Shown in pieces: positions 24,512 to 34,890 of a stretch of DNA of 64,000 nt. The stretch's first letter is position 1. Each line of letters starts with the position of its first letter. The DNA comes from a virus: positions 32,001 to 96,000 of the IMG/VR virus record IMGVR_UViG_3300050343_000285; one strand, 5' to 3'. The position numbers were made by a program, and so were the translations under genes. The notes beneath the pieces were generated by a model, which saw only the letters and a program-made list of their open reading frames with translations, did not search any database and was not told the DNA's origin.

Positions 24512-26119
24512 ATGAAAATTAGAGACGAAAAAACAACAGTTCAAAATGTATCCATACAAAATGTAGGTGCTGGTGGAGCTAGTGTTTCTGTTAATGGAAC
24601 GTCTTTAGACCCAGCTCCTTTTGTTAGTCTCTCTACAGATCAGTATCGTGTTGGGGAATTAATAGTTGGTGGAGTATTAAGCGTATCTCTTAATGGTACG
24701 ATTTATACAGCTAGTGCTAGCAGTGGTGGTTTTTCAAATATAGCTGGTAAAGCAAACAATATATTAAACTCTGTAGGTAGCAGTGGGGATTGTGTAAATA
24801 TTAATATTAATTGTAATGGAACAGTTTTAGTTAATGGTTTTGGTACTATTAGATCTGTTAGTGTAGAAGAGGGTCCAGATCCTACATGGACAAAGTTAGC
24901 TACATATAATATAGAAATAGAAATGTATCATAATAATGGCCAACTAGCTGTTAAACCTAATACGGCTGCTGGTAGTTATGTTACTACTAATGAGATTATT
25001 AAAGATGTCAGCGAAAGCGTTACCCTTAATGTAGATAATGATGGTTTTGCTGTAGATGACGCTAATGGTACTAAAGCAGGTAGGGCACATGCTAAATATA
25101 GTTTTAGTATTAGTGCTACAGGAGGTAGCGTAGGTTGTAAAGGTCAACTTTCCCAAAAGACTGGTATTGAGGCTGCTGAAGAGGTTGTGAAAAGACGTAT
25201 AAGTAGTATTTCAAGTGGTAGTATCGGTACAGGCTTAGGTTCTCCTTCAGAATTAACTAGCCAATTAAACACCTATCATAGTGGTAGTAAAAAATTACAT
25301 GTACGTAATGTTGATGCCGATCCTATTAATGGAAGTATGACGGTTTCTGGTGATATTATTTTAAGACCTAGCGGTTGCACACATCCTGAAGCTTTTATCG
25401 ATATTACTGTTGATTCTAGGGCAGATAGTTCACAGGTGGGTAGAACTGTAACGGTGAGTGGAACTGTAGAAGGTCTATATAGTCATGATTTTAATTCCAT
25501 TATAACTAATGGTACTTTTCATTCACACGGTGCGGATCGTCTTGGCTCGGCAGAAGGAGTGTATAATAGCATAAAAGGCTCTTTCGAAAGTATGGCTCAA
25601 ACTTATTTAGAAGGAATTCTTAACGACACCAGCGATTGTACTAATGGAGGCTTGTTAGGTATCTGCGAAACTATCGTTACTCCTGCTGAATGTAATTTGA
25701 GAGAAGTAAATAAAAGTGTTACTAGGAATTTTGGTCAAGGTACTGTATCTTTTACTCATGAATATTCAACAGCTAGAAATTGTAGTATTCCTGGTGCTGC
25801 TAAAACAGACATAGAGATTAGTCATACTTATCCTACAGATGTTTTCGCAGAATTTACTATACCTTTTCGTGGTGGTGGACCACTACTGCAAAGTTTAGGC
25901 ACAACGACAAAAGAAACGATATCTGTTAATGTTAATGTTACTGTAGACGATACAGGTTGCGAGGAGAGATATTTAACTTCTTGCGCTACTTCAAAAGCTG
26001 ATGAAGCTGGGAATACAGAGGGTGCTGGTGGCTGGTATTTAACCCAAAACTCTATTACTAAAACAAACACAGGTTCTTTTAGAGTAACAAAGGAATGGAC
26101 GAAACCAAGTAATTGTTAA
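24512..26119 (+). CDS. Putative distal-tail/tail-tip structural protein
   Basis: First gene after TMP; beta-rich Ser/Thr/Gly/Val composition like the tube proteins; 11 Cys. Confidence 0.5.
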   Translation: MKIRDEKTTVQNVSIQNVGAGGASVSVNGTSLDPAPFVSLSTDQYRVGELIVGGVLSVSLNGTIYTASASSGGFSNIAGKANNILNSVGSSGDCVNININCNGTVLVNGFGTIRSVSVEEGPDPTWTKLATYNIEIEMYHNNGQLAVKPNTAAGSYVTTNEIIKDVSESVTLNVDNDGFAVDDANGTKAGRAHAKYSFSISATGGSVGCKGQLSQKTGIEAAEEVVKRRISSISSGSIGTGLGSPSELTSQLNTYHSGSKKLHVRNVDADPINGSMTVSGDIILRPSGCTHPEAFIDITVDSRADSSQVGRTVTVSGTVEGLYSHDFNSIITNGTFHSHGADRLGSAEGVYNSIKGSFESMAQTYLEGILNDTSDCTNGGLLGICETIVTPAECNLREVNKSVTRNFGQGTVSFTHEYSTARNCSIPGAAKTDIEISHTYPTDVFAEFTIPFRGGGPLLQSLGTTTKETISVNVNVTVDDTGCEERYLTSCATSKADEAGNTEGAGGWYLTQNSITKTNTGSFRVTKEWTKPSNC

Positions 26120-26135
26120 AGGACATGCAAACGGA

Positions 26136-28076
26136 ATGAAATCTTATAATATAGACATACAATCTCCTGAATGCTTATCTAATTCTAATGGTCGTATTAC
26201 CATAAGGGATTTGACAGAGAATCAATCCCTATCTTTTACATGGAAGAACTTGCCTATTGACTCTAAAATAGAAAACAAAGGATCTATAGTTTCAAATTTA
26301 GAATGTGGTACTTATGATATAGATATATATGATTTAGAAAGCAAAAAAAATATTAATGAAAAGATAACTATAGAATGCAAGGATGTTCTGTCTTTAGATT
26401 TACTGCAAATAGAAGGGTTGCATTGTTATGAAGATGTTGGTCAAATGAATATTGCATGGTCTGGAGGCCAAGCTCCATATACACTATCTATAGGCTCGGA
26501 CAACCATACTACTTATAATAATGTATTTTCTTATAATATATTAGCTAATCATACCTATTCTCTAACTATCAAAGATGCTAATGGGTGTTTAATTAATAGA
26601 AATAATATTACTAAAAATATTGATTTGCTAAACATTGATGTATATTGGGAACCTATTAGCCATTATGGAGGCTCTTCTGCTCATGTCAAATGCGAAATAT
26701 CTGGGGGTAAACCTCCATATCAAATAGCATGGTTTATAGATGGTCAAGATAAGCCTATTATTGTCAATAAGTCAAAAATTACCGATACATTAGATTCTAA
26801 TCATTATCTTATTACTGTTGAAGATAGTAATAAATGCAAAACAACAAAAGAGTTTTTTATATCAGAACCTTCTAATATAATGGTTAATTTAAAAACAAGT
26901 GCTGACTATCATAGTAATTCTTATTTTCCAGAAGAGGATGCTCAAAAGATCTATAATCTTCTGCTCTTTCCTGTAAAAAAAGATAAAATCAAAGATTTTC
27001 ATAAAAAACTTAAAAGTAATAAGCTAGTATTAAATCATAAAAATCAAAAAATAACACAGAATATTGTTTTAGATTTTGATATAGTAACTATAAATAATAT
27101 AGAATATATGTATTTTTATATTAGTCCTGGATTATTAGCTATTCAACAGGCCACATCTAAACTTTCTATAGGTGATGAAGAAATTACCTTACATCACAAT
27201 CCTGAACTTAATAATCAGAATAAACTATTAATGGGTTCTATTATTTTAGATCAGAATTATGAGTATCTATTTCATGAAAACGATGTGGTTAACTTATCTA
27301 GTAATAATAATGATAAAATTTTAAAAACAAAAATTAAATATGCATATACTATGAGTGGTTTATATCTATCTCCTAATATATCAACTATTATTAATTTTTT
27401 ACCTAATAATTCAGATCAAGTTTTGAATTTACTGAATCAAAAAAATGATTTAAAAATACAATGCTTAACTACTAAATCTAATAACAAATTAGGCGAAATA
27501 TCTTTATATGTGAATGGTGGACATACCGATTCTTTACAAGTGGAATTAGTAGATAGCCATCATAATGCGTCATACCATCATATAAAAAATCATTATGTAA
27601 ATATAAGCAATTTATCTTATGGTGATTACAAAATTAAAGTTTTTGATAAATTTAATACTGCAACAGAATATAATAGGACAATAATAGACGACCTACATTA
27701 CCCTGTTAAAATTATGCAGTCTTTTCAAGAAGAACAGGCTCATGCTCAGCTAGAAATATCGAATAAATATAATATTTCTCATACCCTTTTAAATAAATAT
27801 GACTCAACTCCTAGTAAATTATTATTTACATCTCCAGAATTCGAAAATGGGGTATTAATAAATATATCTCCATCTGAAGCTTATTTTGAGATTGTTGATG
27901 CGGACGGAAATAAGGTAGATGGTTGTGGTTATAGCGTTGTGGATTTAGATTATGGAAAATATACTATAACAGCTTTTCATGATGGTTATAAGACACAGAC
28001 TAAAGATTTTTTTGTTAATAGTTCTAAGGATTTAGTAACAGTTTTATTAGAGAAGGAAGATTATGGCTTCAGCTAA
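26136..28076 (+). CDS. SprB-repeat (Ig-like) protein with PEGA-like C-terminus
   Basis: WSGGQAPY...TIKDANGC and ISGGKPPY...TVEDSNKC match the SprB repeat pattern; C-terminal YGKYTITAFHDGYKTQT resembles PEGA. Confidence 0.55.
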   Translation: MKSYNIDIQSPECLSNSNGRITIRDLTENQSLSFTWKNLPIDSKIENKGSIVSNLECGTYDIDIYDLESKKNINEKITIECKDVLSLDLLQIEGLHCYEDVGQMNIAWSGGQAPYTLSIGSDNHTTYNNVFSYNILANHTYSLTIKDANGCLINRNNITKNIDLLNIDVYWEPISHYGGSSAHVKCEISGGKPPYQIAWFIDGQDKPIIVNKSKITDTLDSNHYLITVEDSNKCKTTKEFFISEPSNIMVNLKTSADYHSNSYFPEEDAQKIYNLLLFPVKKDKIKDFHKKLKSNKLVLNHKNQKITQNIVLDFDIVTINNIEYMYFYISPGLLAIQQATSKLSIGDEEITLHHNPELNNQNKLLMGSIILDQNYEYLFHENDVVNLSSNNNDKILKTKIKYAYTMSGLYLSPNISTIINFLPNNSDQVLNLLNQKNDLKIQCLTTKSNNKLGEISLYVNGGHTDSLQVELVDSHHNASYHHIKNHYVNISNLSYGDYKIKVFDKFNTATEYNRTIIDDLHYPVKIMQSFQEEQAHAQLEISNKYNISHTLLNKYDSTPSKLLFTSPEFENGVLINISPSEAYFEIVDADGNKVDGCGYSVVDLDYGKYTITAFHDGYKTQTKDFFVNSSKDLVTVLLEKEDYGFS

Positions 28077-28998
28077 AGCTTTTAATTGTGAAATTGCTAG
28101 TTTAACATGTAATTTAGGATTCGGTTCTAGCGAATCGAGTGTATCATTAAAATTAATAGAGCAACAAGAATGCGGAACATATAACGGCTCTTTGGGTTGT
28201 GTATATACTATTAATGTGGGAGGTTTTAATTTTAGTGGTGTTTTAGCAGACCATACTTACCAACAATCTTCCTCAGGATTAGTATGGGATGTTAGATTAA
28301 CCGATGGTAGACAAAGCCTTAATAATGTCTCTGTTATTATGAACGACTATTATTGTAGTCTCGATACACCCAATCTAATTAATGTTTTAGCTCTGTTGGA
28401 ACCATCTGTTTGTAATTTTGATTGCGGAGATTTTATGGCTTCGTTTAAAGATGAATCAGGTATACCCATGTTATATGTATTAAGAGCACTGCATCAACAG
28501 TCTGTCTTGCTGCCAGTTTGTGGAGCAACGTTAAGTCTTGATCTTTCTCAGGTCATAGCTATTTGCCCATTTTACTTACGAATTAACGATACAAGCTCTA
28601 ATGTTTTAAATATTATAGATCAAGCCTGCAAAGAAGCTGGTTTTGATTTTTTTGTACAGATTGTTGGCGGAAATTTTGAGGTAGTTCCTATAAATAAAAA
28701 AGTTGCGCCACCTAGTGGTGCGTTAAGAACATTATTAAATACTATAGCTGCTAGTTCCTGTGGTGGTCAAGGGACTATAGACCATAGATATGGAGAAGAA
28801 ACATCGTATGAACCTAGTAAGAAATTTGTTTTAGGAAATAAGGTACATTATTTAACACAAGTAGACAAAGATGGGGTTTGTACTGGTAATCCTGGTACAG
28901 ATATTAGACCTCCTGTACCTGACGACGGAGTAGTAACCAGTGCTGGGTTTATTCAAAATAATAACGATATTATAACACCTCAACCCAAAATTATATAA
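28063..28998 (+). CDS. Putative tail-tip/baseplate hub protein, Cys-rich
   Basis: Position; NVLNIIDQACKEAGFDFFVQI resembles hub-type segments; 12 Cys in 311 aa. Confidence 0.4.
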   Translation: MASAKAFNCEIASLTCNLGFGSSESSVSLKLIEQQECGTYNGSLGCVYTINVGGFNFSGVLADHTYQQSSSGLVWDVRLTDGRQSLNNVSVIMNDYYCSLDTPNLINVLALLEPSVCNFDCGDFMASFKDESGIPMLYVLRALHQQSVLLPVCGATLSLDLSQVIAICPFYLRINDTSSNVLNIIDQACKEAGFDFFVQIVGGNFEVVPINKKVAPPSGALRTLLNTIAASSCGGQGTIDHRYGEETSYEPSKKFVLGNKVHYLTQVDKDGVCTGNPGTDIRPPVPDDGVVTSAGFIQNNNDIITPQPKII

Positions 28999-29011
28999 GC
29001 GAAGGATTATT

Positions 29012-32000
29012 ATGGCTTGTAATGTAAAAATGTTTTTTGGAGAAAGATTAACAGGTAATGGTTTTGAGGCTTACCTATCAGAACCAGAGAGTGTATTTAT
29101 CGCAGATTTTGATTGTACCATGATATCTACCGCTCTTGGTATGGGCTTTACGGAGTTTGAATTAACTGAAAAAGAACTATTATCTACAGCTACTTTTCAA
29201 ACATGGTGCATGTATATTTCTGAGACAAATAATAATAATCTCTATGGGCCACAGGTTTTTGATGCTTTAGGTTTAGATTTGGCCGAACTTAGAGAGATCA
29301 CTGGTAAATTTTTTCAAGATATTATAGATAATAAAAATCCCACCTCTATCAATGCACATATTAATCAATTGGTTAAAGATGATGTTGCAGTTACAATGCC
29401 AAAATTAGAACAGGCGTTCAAGTGGATTAAAAATGTTCATGATAACTATTACGGTAAAACATATCTAATACAAATAGGGGATGCTAATAGTGGGGTTTGC
29501 ATTAAAGATAAATTCGGGAATGCTCCTGCTTTCGACTTAAAAGCAGAGCCTGGAGGACTATATTATACTAGCGATTCGCCTTCTACAGCTGGGGCTTGGC
29601 CAAACCCAAATGTAAATAATATATTAGGACTACAGATTGGTCAAGAAACTCTTTTATTTCACGGTTCTGATAATAGAGTTGGTTCATTTTGTAGATTTGA
29701 CGAAAAAGAAAATATAATAAAGTCGGGATTTGCAAATCTAAACTGGAGTATAGATCTTTCTAGTATTGATGATGGATCATTTGTTCAGAAGAATGATCAA
29801 CTTTTTTTAAGTTGTTCTATAGATGAATCTATTTATCAGATAGATGGTGATCAGTATGTTAAAGTTGAAGTTAATGGTCCCCCAAAACTTAAATTACAGG
29901 CTGATGGAGAATTATGTGAAGTTAATTTAATGAGTCAGGGTGCTGTAGCATTAATGGCATTATTTGGAGATCAACACCCTGAATTATCTACAGCTTTAGG
30001 AGATACTTTTTGTGATGATCCTGATGACACTCAAGATGGTGCCCCAACTAATAGAAGTGCTTTTAATATTCTAAAAAGTAATAGACCGGCTGTTGTTCCT
30101 AGTCATTTTATATTACCTATGAAAAGCAATTTGTTTGTATACGGACCATGGAGTTATGTATCAAATCCTGTAGGTGGAACTATGGTAGATAATAATCAGG
30201 AGTTGTGCCCATGGAAATTTAGCGATGGATTTGATGATGGTTATGATAGAATGAATCAGTATGGTGCTCTTATTGCTCAAGATGGCCCAAGGGGTTTACA
30301 AAAACAAGAATCTGGCTCTATCACAGTACCTTCTTTACCTTCTTATAATCTTGGTTTTATGGTAGGTACTAATGCAGCTACATTAACAGACATTAATATT
30401 AATATAGGGGAAAGTGGTTATACAACTACTTATAATTTTCAAACATACACACCTAAGTTTGGAGAGCCCGGAAGAGCTTTAGCTGATTTATGGTCTAAGA
30501 GCTATCAATCAATGTCTTACATTAATAAGTTTTTCAAAGATCAGGCTATAGATTTACAAAAGTTAATAAATTCTACAGACCAGGAACTGTCTAAAAAAAG
30601 ATTTTTTGATATTCCTAAAGTTAATCAGGATGGCATTAGTCAAGAAGATGGTGGAGATAATACTCCGGGTAGTGGCAGAAGTCCTGGATTATTACTTATT
30701 GGTTCGTTTTTTATGAGAGATAAAGCAACCAATGCTAGTGGAGGAACTGATTGTTCTGACGGCACAGCAGGGTTAGCTAGAGGGTGTCATGCTTGTGGGC
30801 CAACTCCACCACCGCCTCCTCCATTACCACCCCCATCAAATGCTTCTACTGGTAACATTCTACAGAACAGACCAAAAACAGAACTAGAGAAGGGCTACAC
30901 TTGGGAACATATTAGAAAAAATACATTTCATCGTGTAGCGATATCAACACTTGATTTAATTTTTACGCCCATCAGTACTAATCAAGAAGGAGATGATAGG
31001 GCGCATCTACCTAGATTGACTATGTATCAAGATTATGAGTGTTCGCAGATGGAATTTAGTGATAAGCCAGTAGATACTCAGCCAGGTAGACCTCCATCGT
31101 CTAGACCAAGGAGTGAAATACCTCCTTTCCTTTTAGATTCTGCTTTAACATATGACCTACCAGTGAACCAACAGTATTTAAACGCTGTAACTTCTGAAAC
31201 TATGTTAAATGATTGGGGAGATAGAATTAACGGCAGTACTAAAGGTTTTATTTGTCACTTAATTAGTTATGGTAATGATTTTGAAGATTTTAAATATAGT
31301 AATCAGGATAGTGATGAGGAAGCCAGACAAGCAGAAGAGAATTTTAGGTATAACATATTGAAAGGCCCATTAAGTTTGCAAGGTTGGGGATATGACACTT
31401 CCGGAAAACCTATACCTAATGCTGTCGATTCTGCAGAAGACACAGAGAAAGGCATGTTTAGAAGAAAAGGACTCAAAGACCAATTCTTAAAAGATTGGCT
31501 AGAAAACCCCAAAACGTGGCCTGCTGGACCCATTGATTTACGATGGGATAGAGAAAGAGGTGTTTGGGTAGCTCCCCCAGCTAATAAAATAGTAGTGGCT
31601 AGATTACTAGGTAATTTACAGAAATATGGTACTGTTGAAGCTGAATTAATTAATCCTACTGGTGGAGAGGTAGCTTTCTATGAATATTATGATATATGGG
31701 ATGCTGAAGGTAGAAATATTAAACAGTCTATTAATAAAGCTAAGATAAAAATATATGATTATTTAGGAATAGAGCTTTGTAAATGTGATACAGTGTATGC
31801 TTACTATGATGATAATAGATATATTGTTCTAGAAAGTAGTAGAGCTTATCAAGACCCTAACGAAGCTTGCTGTCCTACTACCACACTTGCGACAGAACCT
31901 GTTTCAGTTGCAACACCCACTCCTACATCATGTTGGTGTAACCTTGAATGTTTACAAACATTAAAAAATTATAAAGAAGGTAAACATCAAGCACTAGTTC

Positions 32001-32095
32001 ATAAAGCAGAAACTAATGGTCCAGATTGTTTACTGTGGGAGGATATAGTAGAATGTTTTACTCCACCTCCAAATTTTTATGAAAATCAAAATTAA
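29012..32095 (+). CDS. Putative large tail-tip/central fibre protein
   Basis: 1027 aa at the distal end of the tail module; poly-Pro linker at ~30800-30835; Cys/Thr/Pro-rich C-terminus. Confidence 0.45.
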   Translation: MACNVKMFFGERLTGNGFEAYLSEPESVFIADFDCTMISTALGMGFTEFELTEKELLSTATFQTWCMYISETNNNNLYGPQVFDALGLDLAELREITGKFFQDIIDNKNPTSINAHINQLVKDDVAVTMPKLEQAFKWIKNVHDNYYGKTYLIQIGDANSGVCIKDKFGNAPAFDLKAEPGGLYYTSDSPSTAGAWPNPNVNNILGLQIGQETLLFHGSDNRVGSFCRFDEKENIIKSGFANLNWSIDLSSIDDGSFVQKNDQLFLSCSIDESIYQIDGDQYVKVEVNGPPKLKLQADGELCEVNLMSQGAVALMALFGDQHPELSTALGDTFCDDPDDTQDGAPTNRSAFNILKSNRPAVVPSHFILPMKSNLFVYGPWSYVSNPVGGTMVDNNQELCPWKFSDGFDDGYDRMNQYGALIAQDGPRGLQKQESGSITVPSLPSYNLGFMVGTNAATLTDININIGESGYTTTYNFQTYTPKFGEPGRALADLWSKSYQSMSYINKFFKDQAIDLQKLINSTDQELSKKRFFDIPKVNQDGISQEDGGDNTPGSGRSPGLLLIGSFFMRDKATNASGGTDCSDGTAGLARGCHACGPTPPPPPPLPPPSNASTGNILQNRPKTELEKGYTWEHIRKNTFHRVAISTLDLIFTPISTNQEGDDRAHLPRLTMYQDYECSQMEFSDKPVDTQPGRPPSSRPRSEIPPFLLDSALTYDLPVNQQYLNAVTSETMLNDWGDRINGSTKGFICHLISYGNDFEDFKYSNQDSDEEARQAEENFRYNILKGPLSLQGWGYDTSGKPIPNAVDSAEDTEKGMFRRKGLKDQFLKDWLENPKTWPAGPIDLRWDRERGVWVAPPANKIVVARLLGNLQKYGTVEAELINPTGGEVAFYEYYDIWDAEGRNIKQSINKAKIKIYDYLGIELCKCDTVYAYYDDNRYIVLESSRAYQDPNEACCPTTTLATEPVSVATPTPTSCWCNLECLQTLKNYKEGKHQALVHKAETNGPDCLLWEDIVECFTPPPNFYENQN

Positions 32096-32104
32096 GTTTT
32101 AAAA

Positions 32105-32692
32105 ATGGAAACTTTCTTTTATCAAAATAAGGAATATTTTTTTCTTCATATACCTAAAACTGGGGGCAGTATGTGGAGGCATATGTTTGCTGATGTTATA
32201 CCCGTAACAAAGAAGAAGCACGAATTTTTACAAGAAAAACTGAACGCTTATACCTTTACTATAATTAGAAATCCTTTAGATAGATTGGTTAGCGCCTTCT
32301 TTTATTTAAAAGTAGGAGGAAAAAACAAATATGACAATCAAGCTTGTATAAAATATCATTTGCGCAATATTTCTTTTAATGAATTTGTAGAGGCTTTATA
32401 TTTAGATACAGAGCATTATTCTTACATTCATTTTATACCTATGGTAAATAGGATTGGTGATATAAAGTTTTTTGATCGTATATGCTTATATGATAATTTA
32501 GAAAAAGAAACTAAAGAAATGTATAAAATATTTCATAATAAAGAATTAGAAGGAAATATACCAATAATACTTAAAAGTAATCATAATAGATTTAATCTGT
32601 ATTATGATAAAAAAACAAGGAAAATGACAGAGTCTATATATGAAGAAGATATATGTTTATATGAAACTATAAAAAAAAGACAACAGAATTAA
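32105..32692 (+). CDS. Carbohydrate sulfotransferase (Sulfotransfer_2-like)
   Basis: 5'-PSB motif FLHIPKTGGS and 3'-PB motif IRNPLDRLVSAF of PAPS-dependent sulfotransferases. Confidence 0.8.
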   Translation: METFFYQNKEYFFLHIPKTGGSMWRHMFADVIPVTKKKHEFLQEKLNAYTFTIIRNPLDRLVSAFFYLKVGGKNKYDNQACIKYHLRNISFNEFVEALYLDTEHYSYIHFIPMVNRIGDIKFFDRICLYDNLEKETKEMYKIFHNKELEGNIPIILKSNHNRFNLYYDKKTRKMTESIYEEDICLYETIKKRQQN

Positions 32693-32732
32693 CTGCTGTC
32701 TTTAAATATATTATCATTTGCTTATAATAATA

Positions 32733-33053
32733 TTATGTTTTAGGCTGCCATTTATACCAGCCATTATTCTTCATGTAATTACCTTCAGCATCTTTTCTTT
32801 TTGGAAAGAGAGTTCCACCTTTTTTATGTTGACCAAAGGAAAGAATTGCTCCACAGTCCATACAGCGTAATTCATAATATTCGTTGTCCTCGACAACTCT
32901 AACCACAAACTTAATGTTTTCAGACCCACATACGCCACACTTAGCTTCTCCAAAAATTTCTTGTATATTTGCTATTTCTTTGAAAAGCTCTTTTTGACCA
33001 GCTCCATCTAATTCAAATTCAAGCTTATCCCCTACTTTGTACTTTGCTTTCAT
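32733..33053 (-). CDS. Hypothetical Zn-ribbon protein
   Basis: CGVCG and CMDCG pairs; last gene of the minus-strand block. Confidence 0.6.
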   Translation of the reverse strand: MKAKYKVGDKLEFELDGAGQKELFKEIANIQEIFGEAKCGVCGSENIKFVVRVVEDNEYYELRCMDCGAILSFGQHKKGGTLFPKRKDAEGNYMKNNGWYKWQPKT

Positions 33054-33772
33054 AATAAACTCCAGTTGTTAACGTAACCCTTTATATTTTCTGGTATATC
33101 ATCCACCTTTTGTTGATATGATGATAACTCTCTTATAACCCTTAAAGCATCTTCATGCAAGATATTTTTAACATTATCCTGATTTATTCCAAGATTTTTA
33201 ATAATAGCTAAAACATCAATATCTAATCTTTTAGCTATTACATCTATAAAATTAATTTGATTGTTAGTTATTTTTGTGACATTATCTGCTCCAATATCGT
33301 CTTCTGTTGATTCTACAACTTCTTCAGCAGCTAGTACTTTTCTTAGCCTTAAAGCTCTTCTTAAAGATCTACCCTCAGCTCTAGTTTCTGCGACTGCCAC
33401 AGGATGGTTACGGAATACTTTATCGCAATTACCCCAGTATACATCCGCAGCTCCATTTACGGTTCGAATCTTTAAGGCATCATCTAAAGAGCTATCATTT
33501 ATATAATAACTTAAGGAGTGAATAACAGTGGCTCTTTTTTCATTGCTTGGTTGTGGAGATTGAACAACATCGGACGTAGACTCTATTATTGTGCAGTTCA
33601 TAGCTTTTTCAAACACTCGCCTCAAACCATCTGTTGTAGGATTTCCTTGAATTTTTTCATCTTCTGATAATAAAGATAGAACATGATCTGTCCATTCAAT
33701 ATCCCAAATAGAACATTTATCTTGTGTAGTTTTGGTTTCTGTTTTGGTTTCTGTTTTTTTAGCTCTAGGCAT
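33050..33772 (-). CDS. Putative Rad52-like single-strand annealing protein
   Basis: VAVAETRAEGRSLRRAL resembles the Rad52/Sak helix motif; recognition by eye only. Confidence 0.35.
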   Translation of the reverse strand: MPRAKKTETKTETKTTQDKCSIWDIEWTDHVLSLLSEDEKIQGNPTTDGLRRVFEKAMNCTIIESTSDVVQSPQPSNEKRATVIHSLSYYINDSSLDDALKIRTVNGAADVYWGNCDKVFRNHPVAVAETRAEGRSLRRALRLRKVLAAEEVVESTEDDIGADNVTKITNNQINFIDVIAKRLDIDVLAIIKNLGINQDNVKNILHEDALRVIRELSSYQQKVDDIPENIKGYVNNWSLL

Positions 33773-34556
33773 TGTTATCCTCTATTTCTATAACTTTACT
33801 TACGGTATCGTTGATGTTATAAATAGTTTGTAATAGCTTATCACAAACAATCTTAGCTCTTGTCTTAGAGAAATCTTTCTTTTGCTTTACTCTAATCAGC
33901 TTATATCCTTTACCTATAATTAGACCAGTCTTCTTAGCATCATAGGTTATGTTTCTTTGTAAAACCTCTTCGCCCCACACAGACTCAAAATGTGAAGGAC
34001 CATCTACTTCGATAGCTATATTCATAGTAGGTAGGAATAAATCAATCTGCAACTTTGTATTAACTAAGAATTGTTCTTTATGGAAATCTACTTTAATGCT
34101 ATTATTTACTAAAAAGTTGAGTATAAAATGTTCCATCTTAGAACCCTTTTTACTACTTTCTCTCACAGCATAATTAGCTTTTTGTAGCATTTCATTTTTT
34201 TGTTGATCTGTTTTTTTATCCCATAATTTTTTTGACTGCTTCTTCTTTTTATCTATTGTCTTCTGATCTGCTTTTGACCAAGAATGTAAAACTCCTAGAC
34301 CTATTTTATCCTTTTCTTCTTGAGTTCTAGACCTTCCCTTGGTAGGATGTCGGTGTGAACCATTTTTAAGAGCATTTTTTTGAGCTTGTGATTTGTCACG
34401 AATCGGTATTTTAAACTTTTTAGCATCTCTTAAAATTTTATTAGGATAAGTATTATACTCTTTTGCTATATACTGAAAGCTTTGATCTTCTCCGACATAA
34501 ATATCTTGTATTAATTTTTGTTTTGCCGTTTCGTTAAGTGAATTATAATTTTTCAT
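33765..34556 (-). CDS. Free-standing endonuclease (Vsr/DUF559-like PD-(D/E)xK C-terminus, basic N-terminus)
   Basis: KLQIDLFLPTMNIAIEVDGPSHF...DAKK...GYKLIRV; NUMOD3-like HPTKGRSRTQEEKDKIG. Confidence 0.6.
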   Translation of the reverse strand: MKNYNSLNETAKQKLIQDIYVGEDQSFQYIAKEYNTYPNKILRDAKKFKIPIRDKSQAQKNALKNGSHRHPTKGRSRTQEEKDKIGLGVLHSWSKADQKTIDKKKKQSKKLWDKKTDQQKNEMLQKANYAVRESSKKGSKMEHFILNFLVNNSIKVDFHKEQFLVNTKLQIDLFLPTMNIAIEVDGPSHFESVWGEEVLQRNITYDAKKTGLIIGKGYKLIRVKQKKDFSKTRAKIVCDKLLQTIYNINDTVSKVIEIEDNNA

Positions 34557-34890
34557 TATTTAATATTTCCCCTATTTGATACTTTATGTCTATTAATGTT
34601 TCTTGAGAATTTATATAATTTACATGATTGTCTATATTTTGCTTATCAAGTAATACGATATATTGTTTATTATAATCAAGATCTACTAATGTTTTAAAAT
34701 CTTTATGATTTATTACTAAAATATATTCGTTAACCATTTGTCCTATAAAAAAAGAATGGAAACAACTAATATTCATATCAATATAATTAAAATGATCAGC
34801 AATTATGCAAGCTTGGCCATTTTCTATTCCTTTATAGGTATTTATTATATCTTGATCTTCTGGATTAATAGATTCTTTATAGAGGAACAT
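34543..34890 (-). CDS. Hypothetical protein
   Basis: Overlap-coupled ORF in an operon; no motif recognised. Confidence 0.5.
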   Translation of the reverse strand: MFLYKESINPEDQDIINTYKGIENGQACIIADHFNYIDMNISCFHSFFIGQMVNEYILVINHKDFKTLVDLDYNKQYIVLLDKQNIDNHVNYINSQETLIDIKYQIGEILNNEKL

